From Trichosphaerium sp. ATCC 40318 (taxonomy: Eukaryota; Protista; Tubulinea): a DNA stretch of 64,000 nucleotides. The stretch covers positions 186,001 to 250,000 of the forward strand of contig JALMLS010000354.1 in assembly GCA_038496445.1 (NCBI GenBank). Reading direction: 5' to 3'. Below are positions 13,202 through 26,700 of the stretch, piece by piece. The stretch's first letter is position 1. Every line of letters starts with the position of its first letter. The translations under genes were made by a program, and so were the position numbers. The notes under the pieces are model-generated. The model was not told where the DNA came from. It saw only the letters and a program-made list of their open reading frames with translations, and searched no databases.

Positions 13202-13868
13202 AGTGCAAATTATATATTTGTGATGACGCTGGACAATGCACAATGGAAACAGGTTCGATTTGCTTATCACACTAGAAAATCTTTTAAATTGTTCAGGGCT
13301 TGCCTACAGCCTGCGTAATTACTAATTTCCTCGTTAAATCACGGTTTTGACACTTTGAGCTTGCTTTGGATTGACATTTCGTTAGTAAACTTAAAGGTGC
13401 CTGTAAAAGTTGCTGCTGATGGTAAAAAGGATGAAAAACACGCCGTCGGTACATTAAAAGCGTTTTATCTTCACTTTTCACTTACAATGTTGCTTAGAAT
13501 ACAAACTATCGATGGAGAAAGAAGCCGAAAGCGGAGGTTTACCATTCTAGTGTACAGATTGCAATAAAGTGCTGTTGTAAAAAACAAAATTGAAAAAAAA
13601 TGAAAAAAAAGATGAGTTGCGAACTCGAGTACCCCAACGCACAACTAAGCGTCAAAACGCTATTTAGGCGTATACAGTCGTAACTGCATGTGTTATAGTG
13701 CTATTGTAGACATAAACTGTCAACTTTTGGTGAACAATGCTTCTAGTGGTTCCCTACACAGTATTAATGCGTATAGGGAAGGCTATTATTGGTCTACTTT
13801 CTGTTTGCTTAAGCGCTTTCTTGCGTATTTTCTGCTTAAAATCCTTTTAGGCAAGAACCACCACAACG

Positions 13869-14960
13869 ATGGCAAGCATTATCGAACCTGTCAGCGACGC
13901 TATACTGCATTGGATTAACCCCGAATTAAAAGTACAGTCCACGAAAGGATGGCCACTCGTTAGCCTCACCGAAGCGCTAGCCGTAGTCGCCGGTTACTTA
14001 GCTTTCGTGTTTATTACCTCAAAATTGGTTCAAGCCACTAAGACTGACTTCAAATGGCTCATCAAGCTTGGCCAGTTCTTTTATAATCCATTTCAAGTGA
14101 TTTGCTGCTCATACATGGTTTTTGAAGCGCTTCGCTTGGCAATTGATATGAACTTCGCCCCACTTTGTAACCAGTTCGAGGAGAGGTCCACACGCATGGC
14201 TCGCGTCGTCTGGCTGTTTTACTTGTCCAAGGTACAAATCACAACAATAACTTGTACGGGAAATCTAATCTAACTGTTCCAGATAACTGACTTTTGCGAC
14301 ACTGCCTTCATCATTCTTGGACGTAAATGGCGCCAACTGTCATTTTTACATGTTTACCATCACTCTTCCATTTTCCTCATTTACTGGATGGATATTAACG
14401 TTGGATACGACGGCGATGTTTACATTACGGTACAAAACCAAAATGACTTTTCGATCCCATTTTTTTTTTTTCGGCGTCTCTTTTTGAACGTTTTGATAAA
14501 AACATGCTTTGAGGACCTTCTTTTTACTCAAAAGGTTTTTCCGCGCTATAACTAGTATACTTACTATTATATTAAGGTTGTTTTGAATGGATTTGTTCAT
14601 GTTGTTATGTATTATTACTACTTTTTGACAACTTTCAATATTCGACCATGGTGGAAGAAATATTTGACATACATGCAAATGGCTCAATTTGTTATTATGA
14701 ACATTACTGCCATCTACACTCTTGCATTTGGTACGTGTACTTTTGAAAAAAAAAGGTCATCTATAGACCTATCAAAACGATAAACAAGGAAAACAAGAAA
14801 ATTAACATTTTTTCTCTTAGGATGCGGAAAATATCCTCGTAATATTGTCATTATTTACTTTATTTACGTGCAATCAATGTTCTGGCTATTTGCAAACTTT
14901 TTATGGAAGAACTACCCTAATAAAGGGTCAAAGGACAAAACAGCAAAGAAGGAGAATTAA
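13869..14960 (+). CDS. ELO/GNS1 very-long-chain fatty acid elongase
   Basis: FYLSKITDFCDT, FLHVYHH histidine box, NGFVHVVMYYYY, KKYLTYMQMAQF, C-terminal KKEN ER-retrieval signal. Confidence 0.95.
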
Positions 14961-15192
14961 AAAAAATCCACTTCTTCACCTTTATTATTTTTTTTGTTTG
15001 CCAGTGTTCGATAAACGCTGGGTACAATACCAAACCAAAAAAAAAATAAAGATACAATTTTTTCCATAGTAGGTCGTCTCACTTAACTAAGGTTAAGCCA
15101 AACAAAGAAAAAAAAAGTCACTGAAAGAAAACTTGTTTGGCGCGCAATCTAAATAACAAAGCTGCACGTCAGCGTTTTGTAGTACTATTGCG

Positions 15193-17853
15193 ATGAATAT
15201 TTTTCGTATTGATTACAAGTCCATGGTTAAGGGCAAAGAGGTCACCATCAATAAGAGAGTAGAGGCTATGTTAAAGTAAGCGTATTTTGCGGTGATTTCA
15301 AACACAAATTTGATGTTCATTTTCCCTTTTAGTGACATTGCCTTTGATGTCTTCCATAAGATCATGTATCACTCAATACTACTCATGCATAAGCAAGCAG
15401 AAGGTTTAAAATGTTGTATTCCAATAAGCAGTTTACTGACATTTTTTTTCAAGAGAGGAAGAACGCTCCAACAACCATTTCAGCAAGACATGTACAAACA
15501 TCTGTGAGGCTTGTATTGAACGCGGAACTGTCTATGCATGCTATATCACAAGCCGTCAAAGGTATGCCCAGCTATGAAGGGTTGTGTTAGCTCTAACAAG
15601 AAAAAGCTGTGACAAAATACAAGAACGACAAACTAGAGAAGAATCGTAAGAAGTACGACAAGATTTCTGATTCACGAGTAAAAAAAGCAATGAAGTATGG
15701 TAAGAACTCTCTTTGCTATGGTAATAATCACGTGAATAATTAACATTTCATTCAATAGAATGGCAAGGGCGTATAACACCATCAGCGGCAGTTTATTTTG
15801 CTGCTGTGATTGAGTACATTGCTTTTGAGGTTGTTGATATTGCCTATGAACTCTGTAAAACGAAACCCATTCTGCAACGGACAGATATCGTTGCTGCTAT
15901 CCATGGAGATGAGGATCTTAGCACTTTAATTGATTTAAAGAGATGTTGCTTCATAGGCACAGGAAGTAACACAATATATAAGGAACCGAAAACATCATCT
16001 ATTGCAATGTCTTCAAACAGTACATCCCAGCCACCAACACAAGTTGTGCAGGAGTCTTCGTCTCTTATAGCCCCAGATACTGCCTCATTAGAGTTTACTG
16101 GAACATGGCAATCAGCTCGCTCTGCGTATTTCCCAACAGGTAAAGCGGAAAGTTTTTCTGTTTACTATATACTTTGGTGCAGCTTATTCAATGTTCTACT
16201 GTAGATTATAAGATTTTAAAATTGAGCGTTCTACAATGGACTGATTTTATCGATAAATTAAACAAGTATTACGTAATAGAAGTTCATGAAGGGTTCGAAA
16301 ATGGAACATATTGGTATCGCGTCTATGTCCACAGAGGTAATGTCAATAAACTTATTACCAATCCGAATGGTGGTAAGCGAGAGTCAAGAACTTTGTTCTC
16401 CAAAGAAGAGGTATAAAATGTTCAACAGTTCAAGCTATTTTACAACTGAACTCGTTTTTAGGCGATAGAGCTGTACAATGTGATTTATTCACAAAAAACA
16501 AAGCACCCAACTAAAAAGTACATGCCTGTCAAACTATCACGTGTCTTTGTTGGTAAATTCTATAACGCTATTTATTAAACATAAGTAAACTCATTATACA
16601 TCATTAGGATCACCAAGAGCCAATACATTCTTTAAAAGAGAAAAACCACAAAAGCAGAAAAAGGTAGAAAATCAAAAAAAAAAAACGCAAGAATTCTAAC
16701 TCACAGGTCCTTAGAGTCTCGGTCTTAATACAATGTCAAACGACGTAAGTGATCTTATTGAACTATTGTACAACGAAGCCACCAGTGCACTGACCAAACA
16801 CGTGGTCGCAAAAATTTCTCAAGATGGCATCTCTACGCCATTGGGTATTCTTGCACTTGAGCAACTCCAGGATGCTGAAGCATTATTAAGGGAGATACAT
16901 ACCGTTATCACAGTACAATTATATTATTGTGAATTTTCGGACACTAATATCCCTGTAGACTGGTCGCCAAGACTCGATTGTTAGTGCCTTCAATTTCGCA
17001 GCAAAAGCTACGACAATAGCTCAAGAGGTATCAGGACGCTTTTATTCAACTGTTCCGGAGAAAATGGGTAAAACAAAAGGTAACATCTCTTTTCCTTTTA
17101 GTTTACTTTTTCTTTATTTGTTCGTTGACTGTTTGTCGTAATATAATTTTAGGTGAACGTGCTGCAATGGTTATTAAGACATTGGCTCAAGTTGAAGAAA
17201 AGCAAGAGCTCATACAGCTCATGAAGGATATGAGAGCGGCTAGTCTAACAGGAGATTTATCCAAAAGTGAAATGAAGTATCAAGCACTTGGTAGACAAAT
17301 AACATGCTTAGATGTCTACTCCTTTGAATATCAAGAGATATCAAACCTCTTTTTAAGCACATCTGCACCTCACGTGACAAGTATAACGAATATCTACTCA
17401 TTATCACATGGGCTTGAGGAAAAAAGATTTAAACGCGATATAGGAAATGTAAAAATGCTTTTCCATGGATCTAGAATAAGCAACTGGGTAGGATTGCTCA
17501 TGCATGGTCTACTGATGCCTAGACTTGTTGTGGCTAGAGGAGGAGGCCGTACTGATGCAGGAAACCTTGGATTAGGGTTGTATTTTGGAGACAGATCTTC
17601 AACATCTATTCAATACACGACGCCTTCTTGTTGTGGTAAGCACTATATGCTAGTATGTTCTGTAGCGTTAGGGCGTATCAAGCAGACAACAAAGTATATG
17701 AAACAGCTTATAACAGCTCCAGATAAATATGATAGCGTTCAGGGTGTGGCTGACTGTAATGAGGAAATGTCTTGTTTTAAAGACAACGAGTTTGTTGTGT
17801 ATGATGTCAACCAACACAAACAAGAGTTTCTTGTAGAGTTTGAATTACAATAA
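15193..17853 (+). CDS. Histone H2B-H2A doublet fused to WGR-like, PARP regulatory and PARP4-like catalytic domains
   Basis: Spliced exons give an H2B fold ([13 protein letters not shown]...[34 protein letters not shown]), an H2A fold (AAVYFAAVIEYIAFEVVDIA...IVAAIHGDEDLSTLI), WGR-like (LNKYYVIEVH), regulatory (TPLGIL) and catalytic LFHGSR / GNLGLGLYFGD / DNEFVVY. Confidence 0.9.
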
Positions 17854-18046
17854 AACCAAAAAATTGTTGTGCACGTGTTATCGTTTATTTTTGGGTGACC
17901 AAATGTAATGGAAAGCTGGAGTACTTGAGCGTCCTAGTAGCATCGCACAAACTCGTCATTAATGTATACAGCGTTCTGTGCAATTCAGTGAAAACCATTA
18001 AAAAGTGTTTAGCCAAAGTATTTTTAGTTTGCGCTCATCAGAGCAA

Positions 18047-19102
18047 ATGGCAAAGAATACTGACATGAAACAAAGCGTAGAACAGTTTCTGGAGACATCT
18101 AAACGGCTTGGAAAGTTAGGATGTAACGGAGCACTTCTCAGCTACGTTCGGTTGAAAATTGCATTGTCACCCTCAAGTCCCTTCACACGGCTCTCTACGT
18201 TCGTAACACACTTCGGAAAAGCGGATTACGGCCTTCTTTTCGTTCGTACAACAAAAGATGATAAAAATTGCGTTAAGCTCGTTTCCAAACCAGAAATAGG
18301 ACGACACTACTCTGAAAACAACAGAATTACACCAACATTTTTGATAAAACGCTTAAAACTCAAAATCACAAAAAAACAACTTTGTGTGCTCGAATCCCTC
18401 GTTCTACAACATAATGCTCTCAGTCGCTCACTACAAAATGATTCAATACCTCGCGAATTGGCTAAAAATAAATCTTGGATATCTCTTTCACGTGCTATGC
18501 ATCGTACAAAAAACAATTTTTGTTACTCAAAAGAGAGAATTTGGTTGATCCTTGCTTGGAAGAATAGCCCTACACTTTCAACTCTTCCTTTTGAACTTAT
18601 ACGGTACATTGGTGAATTTCTACCGTATAGTCAAGACCGTATGGGCACGTATTTTAAAACTGTTTACATAGTTTCAAAGCCGGAAGTAGATCAGTCTTCT
18701 TACAGAATAAGTTTCAAACAAAAAAAGAACAACCAGTACACTTTTGAGTATGTCTACAAGAACGATTATAGTTACCATAGTACCCGTAACTACACTGATT
18801 TAATTTACAATGGCACGTGCGCTATTGAAGGACCTTACGTAACGTTTGATGTTACACATTGGGGAACGTGCAAATACGATAATGTGCGCCCAAAGAATTC
18901 CCCTAAAATCAAGGCAGACAGAACTGGCTATATGCAGTTTTATGGGACTTTTCAAAGCAAGACAAGAGATGGAATGCCTGGTATTATCTTATCTGGAATG
19001 GACATTAAAGTCCCAAGTTCGTTGATTCTATTACAATTTGCGCTTAAGACCGACTGCAATGAAAAAGAGTATGGATGCGGGAACAGTGTCTTGTATTGTT
19101 AA
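18047..19102 (+). CDS. Intronless hypothetical protein (about 350 aa) with internal F-box/SOCS-box-like motif
   Basis: Long uninterrupted ORF; LSTLPFELIRYIGEFL motif mid-protein. Confidence 0.7.
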   Translation: MAKNTDMKQSVEQFLETSKRLGKLGCNGALLSYVRLKIALSPSSPFTRLSTFVTHFGKADYGLLFVRTTKDDKNCVKLVSKPEIGRHYSENNRITPTFLIKRLKLKITKKQLCVLESLVLQHNALSRSLQNDSIPRELAKNKSWISLSRAMHRTKNNFCYSKERIWLILAWKNSPTLSTLPFELIRYIGEFLPYSQDRMGTYFKTVYIVSKPEVDQSSYRISFKQKKNNQYTFEYVYKNDYSYHSTRNYTDLIYNGTCAIEGPYVTFDVTHWGTCKYDNVRPKNSPKIKADRTGYMQFYGTFQSKTRDGMPGIILSGMDIKVPSSLILLQFALKTDCNEKEYGCGNSVLYC

Positions 19103-19609
19103 CTGTAACTCTTGTAATGAAGTCCATAAATAAAAGTGTAATTACTTCTATACTATACTATCCTTCGCATATTCTCACATCCAAGTTTCATACTTAAACA
19201 TATGTTGATACCATGCAAGGAAGCGAATGTCAATTAACCAATATTTACAGACTTAGTAAGAACTGCTTATAGGTGCTACATGACTCAGTCAAAGAACATC
19301 GTTGGAAGCTCGGGGACGTTAAACCCACCAGGCATTGCGCGACCAGCGCCAATTGGAACAGCACAGACAGACTTATGTCGTCGTTTCACTGAAAGTAGTT
19401 TCTGTGTTGTTTAGTACAGTTCGGAAGTAGTAAAGATTTAGTTTGGTAGAAACTACTCTTGAACTATCGTACAAGAGTTTCTGAGAGAGGCAGGTTACTT
19501 AATTACCTCTTTTTTTTATTCTCGTTTATATGGTTGTTAAACTCACCAGCTGAGCTTGCGTTTTTCATTGGTGGTTTAGCAGTGGCGGTAAGCAAAGCAT
19601 ACATTGCTA

Positions 19610-22600
19610 ATGCTGCATGTCATTCGAACCAATAGAGCTTGTAAACGCTTGTATTCGCGTTGTAATGGCGTAAACAAAGCTTCAAAACGCTTCAAGGTAC
19701 CAGATTAGTATTATTGAACTTACAATCAAATAAACTATGTTTCTAGGCTTCTTTTATACTAAATATCAACCTAATAAGCCTCAAACTCGAAGTACGACAC
19801 TTTTCATTCCAAAGAGCTTCCCAGCCCGTTTAAATCCGTCCTTACGCCTTTCAGTCCAATAACGAGTTCAACTACGATGCTTACGAGGAAGCCAACGCAT
19901 CTTTTCCTGTCTTGGCCCCACCTCGTTTAGTCGATGAACAGTCCATACAAGAGTTGAATACAAGAATAGCAGGACAAACAGTTCCACCATTACGTACGCT
20001 GAAAGTAAAAAAAAAATTGTTGGCTTCGACACGTCTCATAGTCCTGTGACTGACTTGAACCACTCATCATAATGTTATGACACGTATTGACGAACAACTC
20101 ACCAAATTTTTTTTGAAATAGCAAAAGAGGAACCCGTCAAGTTCACCTTCTATCAGCGCTTACAGCTGTATCATACCGCCAAATTCAAGCATGCAGGATA
20201 TACTTGGATAATATCACCTTGGTTACTCTCAGGCCGAGAGAGGGCTTTCTTTACAGATCAAGCTACAAAGATAAAGTACTTTTTTTGTTTTCTTACTTTT
20301 TTTTTACTTTTTTTTTTTTCTGTTGAAACATGGCGTTGTTTGCTGATCTGGTATTTCGTGGATAGGTTGGAACAATGGTTTTACTATCGTACAAGTTTAT
20401 ATGACATACCAAGAGTTGCATTTCACTATTGTAAACCTGTTATACGAACAAGAAGGACGTTAGAGAGAAAATTATTTATAAACTAACTCCTTTTTTTAGT
20501 TTTTCTAAGAATGCTTCTTGATGCTTTGATTGGACTCCCAGAGAAGCAATCTCAGGAGCTTACCCAGAAAGAGAGGTAACATTAACACTATCGGAGTACA
20601 AAATGTTAACTCTTGCAAGGCGTGCAGCATACCGTGGTTACTTTAGTAAACGTTTCAAGTATGACACCTCAGATAAAAAATGGATGTTTTTAGACACGAA
20701 ACAACATGATGTCGTTGAAGGCATTCTCTCTCATAAAGAACTTATAAAAGAGATACTTAAGAAGTCATCAATGCGTATAATGAATGAGAAGGCACTTGAA
20801 AGTGCTTTAGTGTTTATAGAAAAGAAACAAGTTCCAGAAGATTTTAATGTTGAAGAAGCTTCAAGAGCTCGCATTGCATTAACTAAACTCCTTAATGACT
20901 GGTGGATTATTCAATGTAAAGGTTTTTTTAAAGAACCTGAGCTACATACACACTTGATCGAAGGTACCTAGCATCAGTATACTGAACACAGGAATACTCA
21001 CGTGATTTTTTTTTATCAAGATAAAAACAGCCTTTTGTTTGCAAAAGTTGCAAACAAGTTTTCTAGTCTGTATGGAACACGATCACGAAAAAAACTTGAT
21101 AAACCGGCTGTAACTATAAAACATGAATGGTCTTTATGGAACAATAGTAAAGTTGAAGGCACTGCAAAGATGACCCAAGACGGCAATGAGAAAGTTGTGT
21201 TCAATCGTGTCACAAAAACAGAAACAAGTGTAGGCAGTACTTTCACAGGTATGCTGCTTAATCTCCCCTTCTCTTAAGAATCCATTAGGGTGGCGATTGT
21301 ATAATATATTAACAAGGACTTGTAGTACTGCAAAGAATGTATTTATATCATGTGCCAAAAACGCAGTTTATGGCTCTTACGGCTTGAAGGTGGGTTTAAC
21401 ATAACTCAGTTTTTATTCGTTTTTCTGCTTTGTACTTAAGGACTAACTGTCGGTTTTACCCAAGGCTTTGTTTAGTAGAGAACCATTTTATCCACATTAT
21501 GTCAAAGATGCTTCATCAAAGGCCAAGAGCATAGAAGATTTTACAAGGCCTGTTTTATCTTATGGATATCATATTTTCGGTACCTATTATTGATGTTTTA
21601 TAAAGTTTATGTAACATCCAATCATAGCAATATGGAACGATATCAAACAGGCAAGACTAAAATTACGTGAATCCAGATTACAAAAAGGAGAGAAGAATAT
21701 ATCTGACGTAAATCTAAGTACTTTTATAAACTACGTATTCAAAGGTGACGATAAATTTGTTTTTATTTTGAGATGTTTTTAGCTGAAATGTATTTTTAGG
21801 TCCCTTTCTTACTTTTGGTGTACTTGTACTATTTCCAGTACTATGTTCTATAAATTTATTGGTTTCACTTGCGGGGATGGTAGTATCACCAGCATTGGGT
21901 CTTCGTATGTTCAGAACTAGGCGTCTTTTCGAGTTTTTTTCTTTTTATTTTACTCTAACAGTCAATACTAGTACATGGCGTTGTGGAATACTTGTGGAGA
22001 TCGCTAGTGTTTGATTACCGTAGTAACAATAGTGATCCAAATAGTAGAATACAGTTGTATAAGATTATTATACCTCTCATAAATATACTTGGTGGTCAAG
22101 TGTGGGGTACACTATATTTTTTTCCGAGTATAAAAAAAAAGATGAAAAAGAACTTGTGGAACTGCTTTACGACCAAATCAGTCAAGTGATTAATACGTGT
22201 GTAGGATTAATAATGTCAATTGGACATGCATCTGTTACTGTGATTGGTCCAATATACCTATATACCAAGCGCATGTTGATCTTCTTTGCTCGCCGACTCA
22301 TAAACTTTCGAGATATGAGTACGTTTCATCCATATCTACAACTTAACTGCATAATTCTAACAAACTGAAATAGTCTCATTTCATACGTATTTCAGGTTCA
22401 TAGCAGAGTACGTCGTAGTATTTTAAACCACAAAAAACCCAACAAGTTGAATTAACAACATGTTTTTTTTTTTAGAGTGCCGACTAAAGATGGCTCTTTT
22501 ATACATCGATGGGAAGGTCCAGGTATAAAAGCAGGTAAGGGCTGTGTTACACTAAGCTATGAGGATCTTATGCTCGCAATCAAGGTACCTAGATACAACT

Positions 22601-23400
22601 AGTAGATTTTTTAACTGTCGCTGCTTTTTCAAGAAAAAAATAAGAATAATAATCTTAATGAGTTTTTAAGGGCGAGCTTGCAGAAAAGGTAAATACTGCA
22701 ATGTACATATACACCTTGAAACTTCTTGAAAGGCGTGGTATTTTTGGTGTAGCAAAAGATAATATCATGGATCAGTTAAATAAAGCTATACCGGATGTTG
22801 CTGTACATAACGAGTGGGGGAAGGACATTTATGAGCACAAAATGTCAAAGGTACCATCATCTTTTGGTTTTTGCTTTTGGATCAGAAGCCTTCTTTAACC
22901 TTATGTCAATAGATAGTAGTACCAGAAAACAAGTACATGGTAGTGTCTGATGAAGCCCTAACACGTGCTGTTGAAGATGGAGGGAAGCTTGTATATAATG
23001 GCATGAATAATTTGCTTCAAATGACTGTAGATAAAGATGAAGCTGAAGTAATAGCATACCAGTATCTCATTGACGTTTTTGGTGAATCGATTTTTTACTC
23101 TTTATATAAAGTCCACTCTATTTCTAGAATACCTCACGGTGTTCACACTGAAAAGAATTACCAAGAAGCAATGGTACAAGGACTTAAACATTTTGAACTT
23201 TTTTTTGTTAATTGTGAAACTTCACGTTTTGTTTACTGTTTTCTTAGAACACGCTGGGTAAAAATGACGTAACTAAAGCTTGGTTTTCCGCTGATACTAT
23301 AGTTGATACATATCTAACAGCACCGTATATCGATCCAAAAAGCTTAGAAGATGATGTACGGATGCTAGAGTCGCTACAAAAGTACCCTGTAAATGAATAA
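19610..23400 (+). CDS. Large multi-exon hypothetical protein, possible mitochondrial presequence and hydrophobic segments
   Basis: Exon 1 MLHVIRTNRACKRLYSRC...; successive plus-strand ORF fragments (20603, 21002, 22102, 22701, 22937) bounded by GT-AG; ends ...QKYPVNE*. Confidence 0.55.
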
Positions 23401-23752
23401 ATATCTAAAACGACATTTTCTCGTTTGTCGAAGGAATAGCTAGAATAATTGATGTGTGGCTGCGTTTTAGATGCTACTGTTTAGTCCAATGATAGTTTAT
23501 ATGAAGAAATTACCTGCAATTCAACAAGGGTTTCAAACATTCTTAGATCTGTGCCTGGCATTCCCCACACAGCTTTGCAACTTTTAGATCTTAACCTAGA
23601 GACGTTCATACATCACTTCAAGGTCCACCGAACAAAATTAAGCAATTCCTGTTGAAACAGGAAAAGTGTTTTGGGATTCAAAACGGTTGATGTTATTTAT
23701 CGTTTTTTGATTAAAAGTGACATATATTTAAATAATGGTATTCTCTGTTTAT

Positions 23753-26700
23753 TTATTTTGATGCTTCTTTTGGAGGAATAGCACCTTTAGATAGAGGCTG
23801 GATATAATCTTTTAGAATGTCCCTGTTATTGAAAGAAAACGATTAGATCAAAAAATATCTGAACGTTCAAAAAAAAAGGTCATACTTGTATTGTCCCAAT
23901 AATTGCTTTGTTGCACCTTCTGCATTTATGAGAGCTACTGTCACATGGTCTTGAGGGTTGAGTAATGCACTTTGTGAAAAAGAAGGACGCTCAATCCATG
24001 CACGGATATTATTTGAGAAATTGAAAACATGAACATTGTTTGCAATAAGGTTCAAAGTATCCACAATGTTTTCAGCAGATACATTTCCTTTCACAGTATC
24101 TTTTTGACTTGTTTTACTCTTTTCTATATATGCAAGAGCACGTGGGGTACCTAGTAGTAAATAAATATAGAGCAACCAAACAGCACAAAACCGAAACGAA
24201 AAAAAAAAAGCCGAATGAATGTAAAAAGTACCTATTTCATTCAACTTCTTATTCAAATGAACATCCAACTCGAATTCTTGCAATGAAGTTATCTTTGGGC
24301 AAGGATTTATACCCTACAAATGAACGTAAGTAAAACAATACCTCCAGACACTTTTTCGCCACCTGCAGCTGATGCTGCGGTTAAGCGAAAACAAGCAAAA
24401 AAAAATAAAGTTGGAGAAATTAGTTTGACTTTACAACAATGTTCACAGTTTAATAAAAGAGGATAATGCTTAGATTTGCTGTTAATACTCTTAGAAAGAG
24501 TATTAAGTACGTACTTGTTGTCTTTGTTTCATTATTTCCAAATATTCAAGTTTTCTATTAGTTCCATAATCCATAGGTTTTTTATTATTTGCTTCTACCA
24601 TAAAATCGACAATATCATCTGCTTCAGGCATAGCAGATGCTACGAAATCCATACCGCAAATGCGTTGTGCGACAACATCAGATGTTAGACATCTAAAATG
24701 ATCTAGTGAGCCGAAACACAAAGGAAAAAAAAGTAAAAAGCAAAAAACATTAGCATGAGAATGTTGGCGTACTTCTTTACAAACACAAGACGGAAAGGCA
24801 TTTCGAAAAATTCCAAAAACAACATAGCTACCTTTGTAGCATACATATTTTTTGATTCTATGAGTGTTGCTATTAAACTTCTAAACGAAGACTCCTCAGT
24901 CGATACTTTTTTAGAATCTCCTAGTGCACAACATTAAAAAAAAAAGGATTTTGTTAAAGATAAACAAGCGGTTTGGCTTGCTAGAGTCATCGACTCTACC
25001 ACAAGACACTAATCCAGAAAACACAAAGATGTACAAAAAAATACCTCTTGCTTTCATATTCGTCATACAATTATCAAGAGCCATTAATAGTGGTGCAGGA
25101 AGGCCCATCTATAATTATTTAATCACAAAAAAATGCAAAATAAAAATCTAACAATCACGTGCCTTTGGGTTCGCTACATGTGTGGAAAGAATTGTTACTA
25201 ATCTCTGGAATGCAGAAGGTGTAGCAATAGTGCCCAGAGCTTTCAGAAGAGTTAAGGAAATACCTCCTTTTGCAAGCGCTAGCAAAATTTTTGCTGCACC
25301 AAGACCTGATAACTTTATTACTGTTCAACGAACTACCACTGCTAATCAGTACCTCCAATATCTGCAACAAGCCCTATGGCAGCATTCTTTATAGAAGCGA
25401 TATCTGAAGATACGTATGGACGTATTTTTCCCAATGGCGCTGGAATATTAAACCTTCAAAAAAAAAAGTTTTAGGAAAGTTCTGTCTTTTTGTAAGTGTA
25501 CCTTTTCAGTGCAGCGAGACAACCCAAAACAACCTATTATTTTGTTACGTTAATCTCACACCACTTTAAGAACACGTACGTTCCCGTTTTTGGCTGTTTC
25601 AAGTTCACGCAAAACATATTTTCGCCCAGCAATCGCTTGTATTGTAGAAACTAAAGAAAGGAAAAAATGAACAACAAGAAATCTTGCGAATCGTAAATGA
25701 CTCACCTAGCCTCATTCTCATAATCTTTTCCTCAACAGGAAGACTACTAAAATTACCTAGTAATACATCTATATTACTATCACTACAAAGCTCATTTATA
25801 CTATCTTTGACTTGTTTCCTGTAAGGTTCTATTTTTGAAGCACAAAAAGTTAGAGATATCAACTCATTGTTAAACAACTCAAGGCATTACCTTCGTTTAG
25901 AGTCATCCCAGATATACGTAAAATAAGGTATTTAAGTAAAGCATAAGTAGCATCTAAGAGAGTCTTTTGACACTTTGCATGTGTTGCTTTTGTTGACTTG
26001 ACTTTAAGAAGCTGTTGGTATACTGCAGCCAAGTAGTATCGCATTGTCATTTCCTTCTTTAAGTTGTCTTGGCAACAAATAACATATTTACCACTTGGTT
26101 GAAACCTTAAAGAAGCAGCTGTACCACCCATAAACGCCCCTATATTCCCACTAGACCCTATACAATTACTTCATTAAAAACCACAAAATAATCTAAAGTA
26201 GTCGAGAGCGTACCTTGGCTGAAAACCCACATACTATCACGAGGGTTATCATCCAGCAAAAAGGCTTTGTATTCAACAATACAAACCAATAAATTCTGGT
26301 AGGAAAGCAACGTTAGCACTAGTATACATAGTACAGAGTCTTGTTCATATAAATGTGCGTACTCTGTATCCATCCCGTAGTAGTTTCAAACCTTCTTCTC
26401 CACTGACTACAGACTTTACCTCACTTTGTAGCTTCGCAAAGAGTGCTGCAATTTGATGTGATTTAGGGTTTCTTCCCAATAAAGATTGACTGAATGTTTT
26501 AACTGCCTACATGCAATCACGTTAACCACGTGATTTAATATGTTGTATTTGCAACAATAAAAACGTGGAAGTACCTCAGCAGTAGGTCCTACAACACCAG
26601 GAGCAATGTTCAAGCGAATAGGAATTACGTTAAGAATTTTTTGGCATTCGTCAGGCATTGAGGCATTACAAAGAGATATTGGCTTGAAAAGGTGTTAATT

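Noticed and set aside
15193-19102. Endogenous giant-virus insertion suggested by the histone doublet
   Set aside because: The gene has many host-type introns, composition matches the flanks, and no viral hallmark genes or terminal repeats are visible.
19280-19604. Possible small spliced minus-strand gene ending ...ELPTMFFD*
   Set aside because: No homology, uncertain splicing, and its start would collide with the ATG at 19610.
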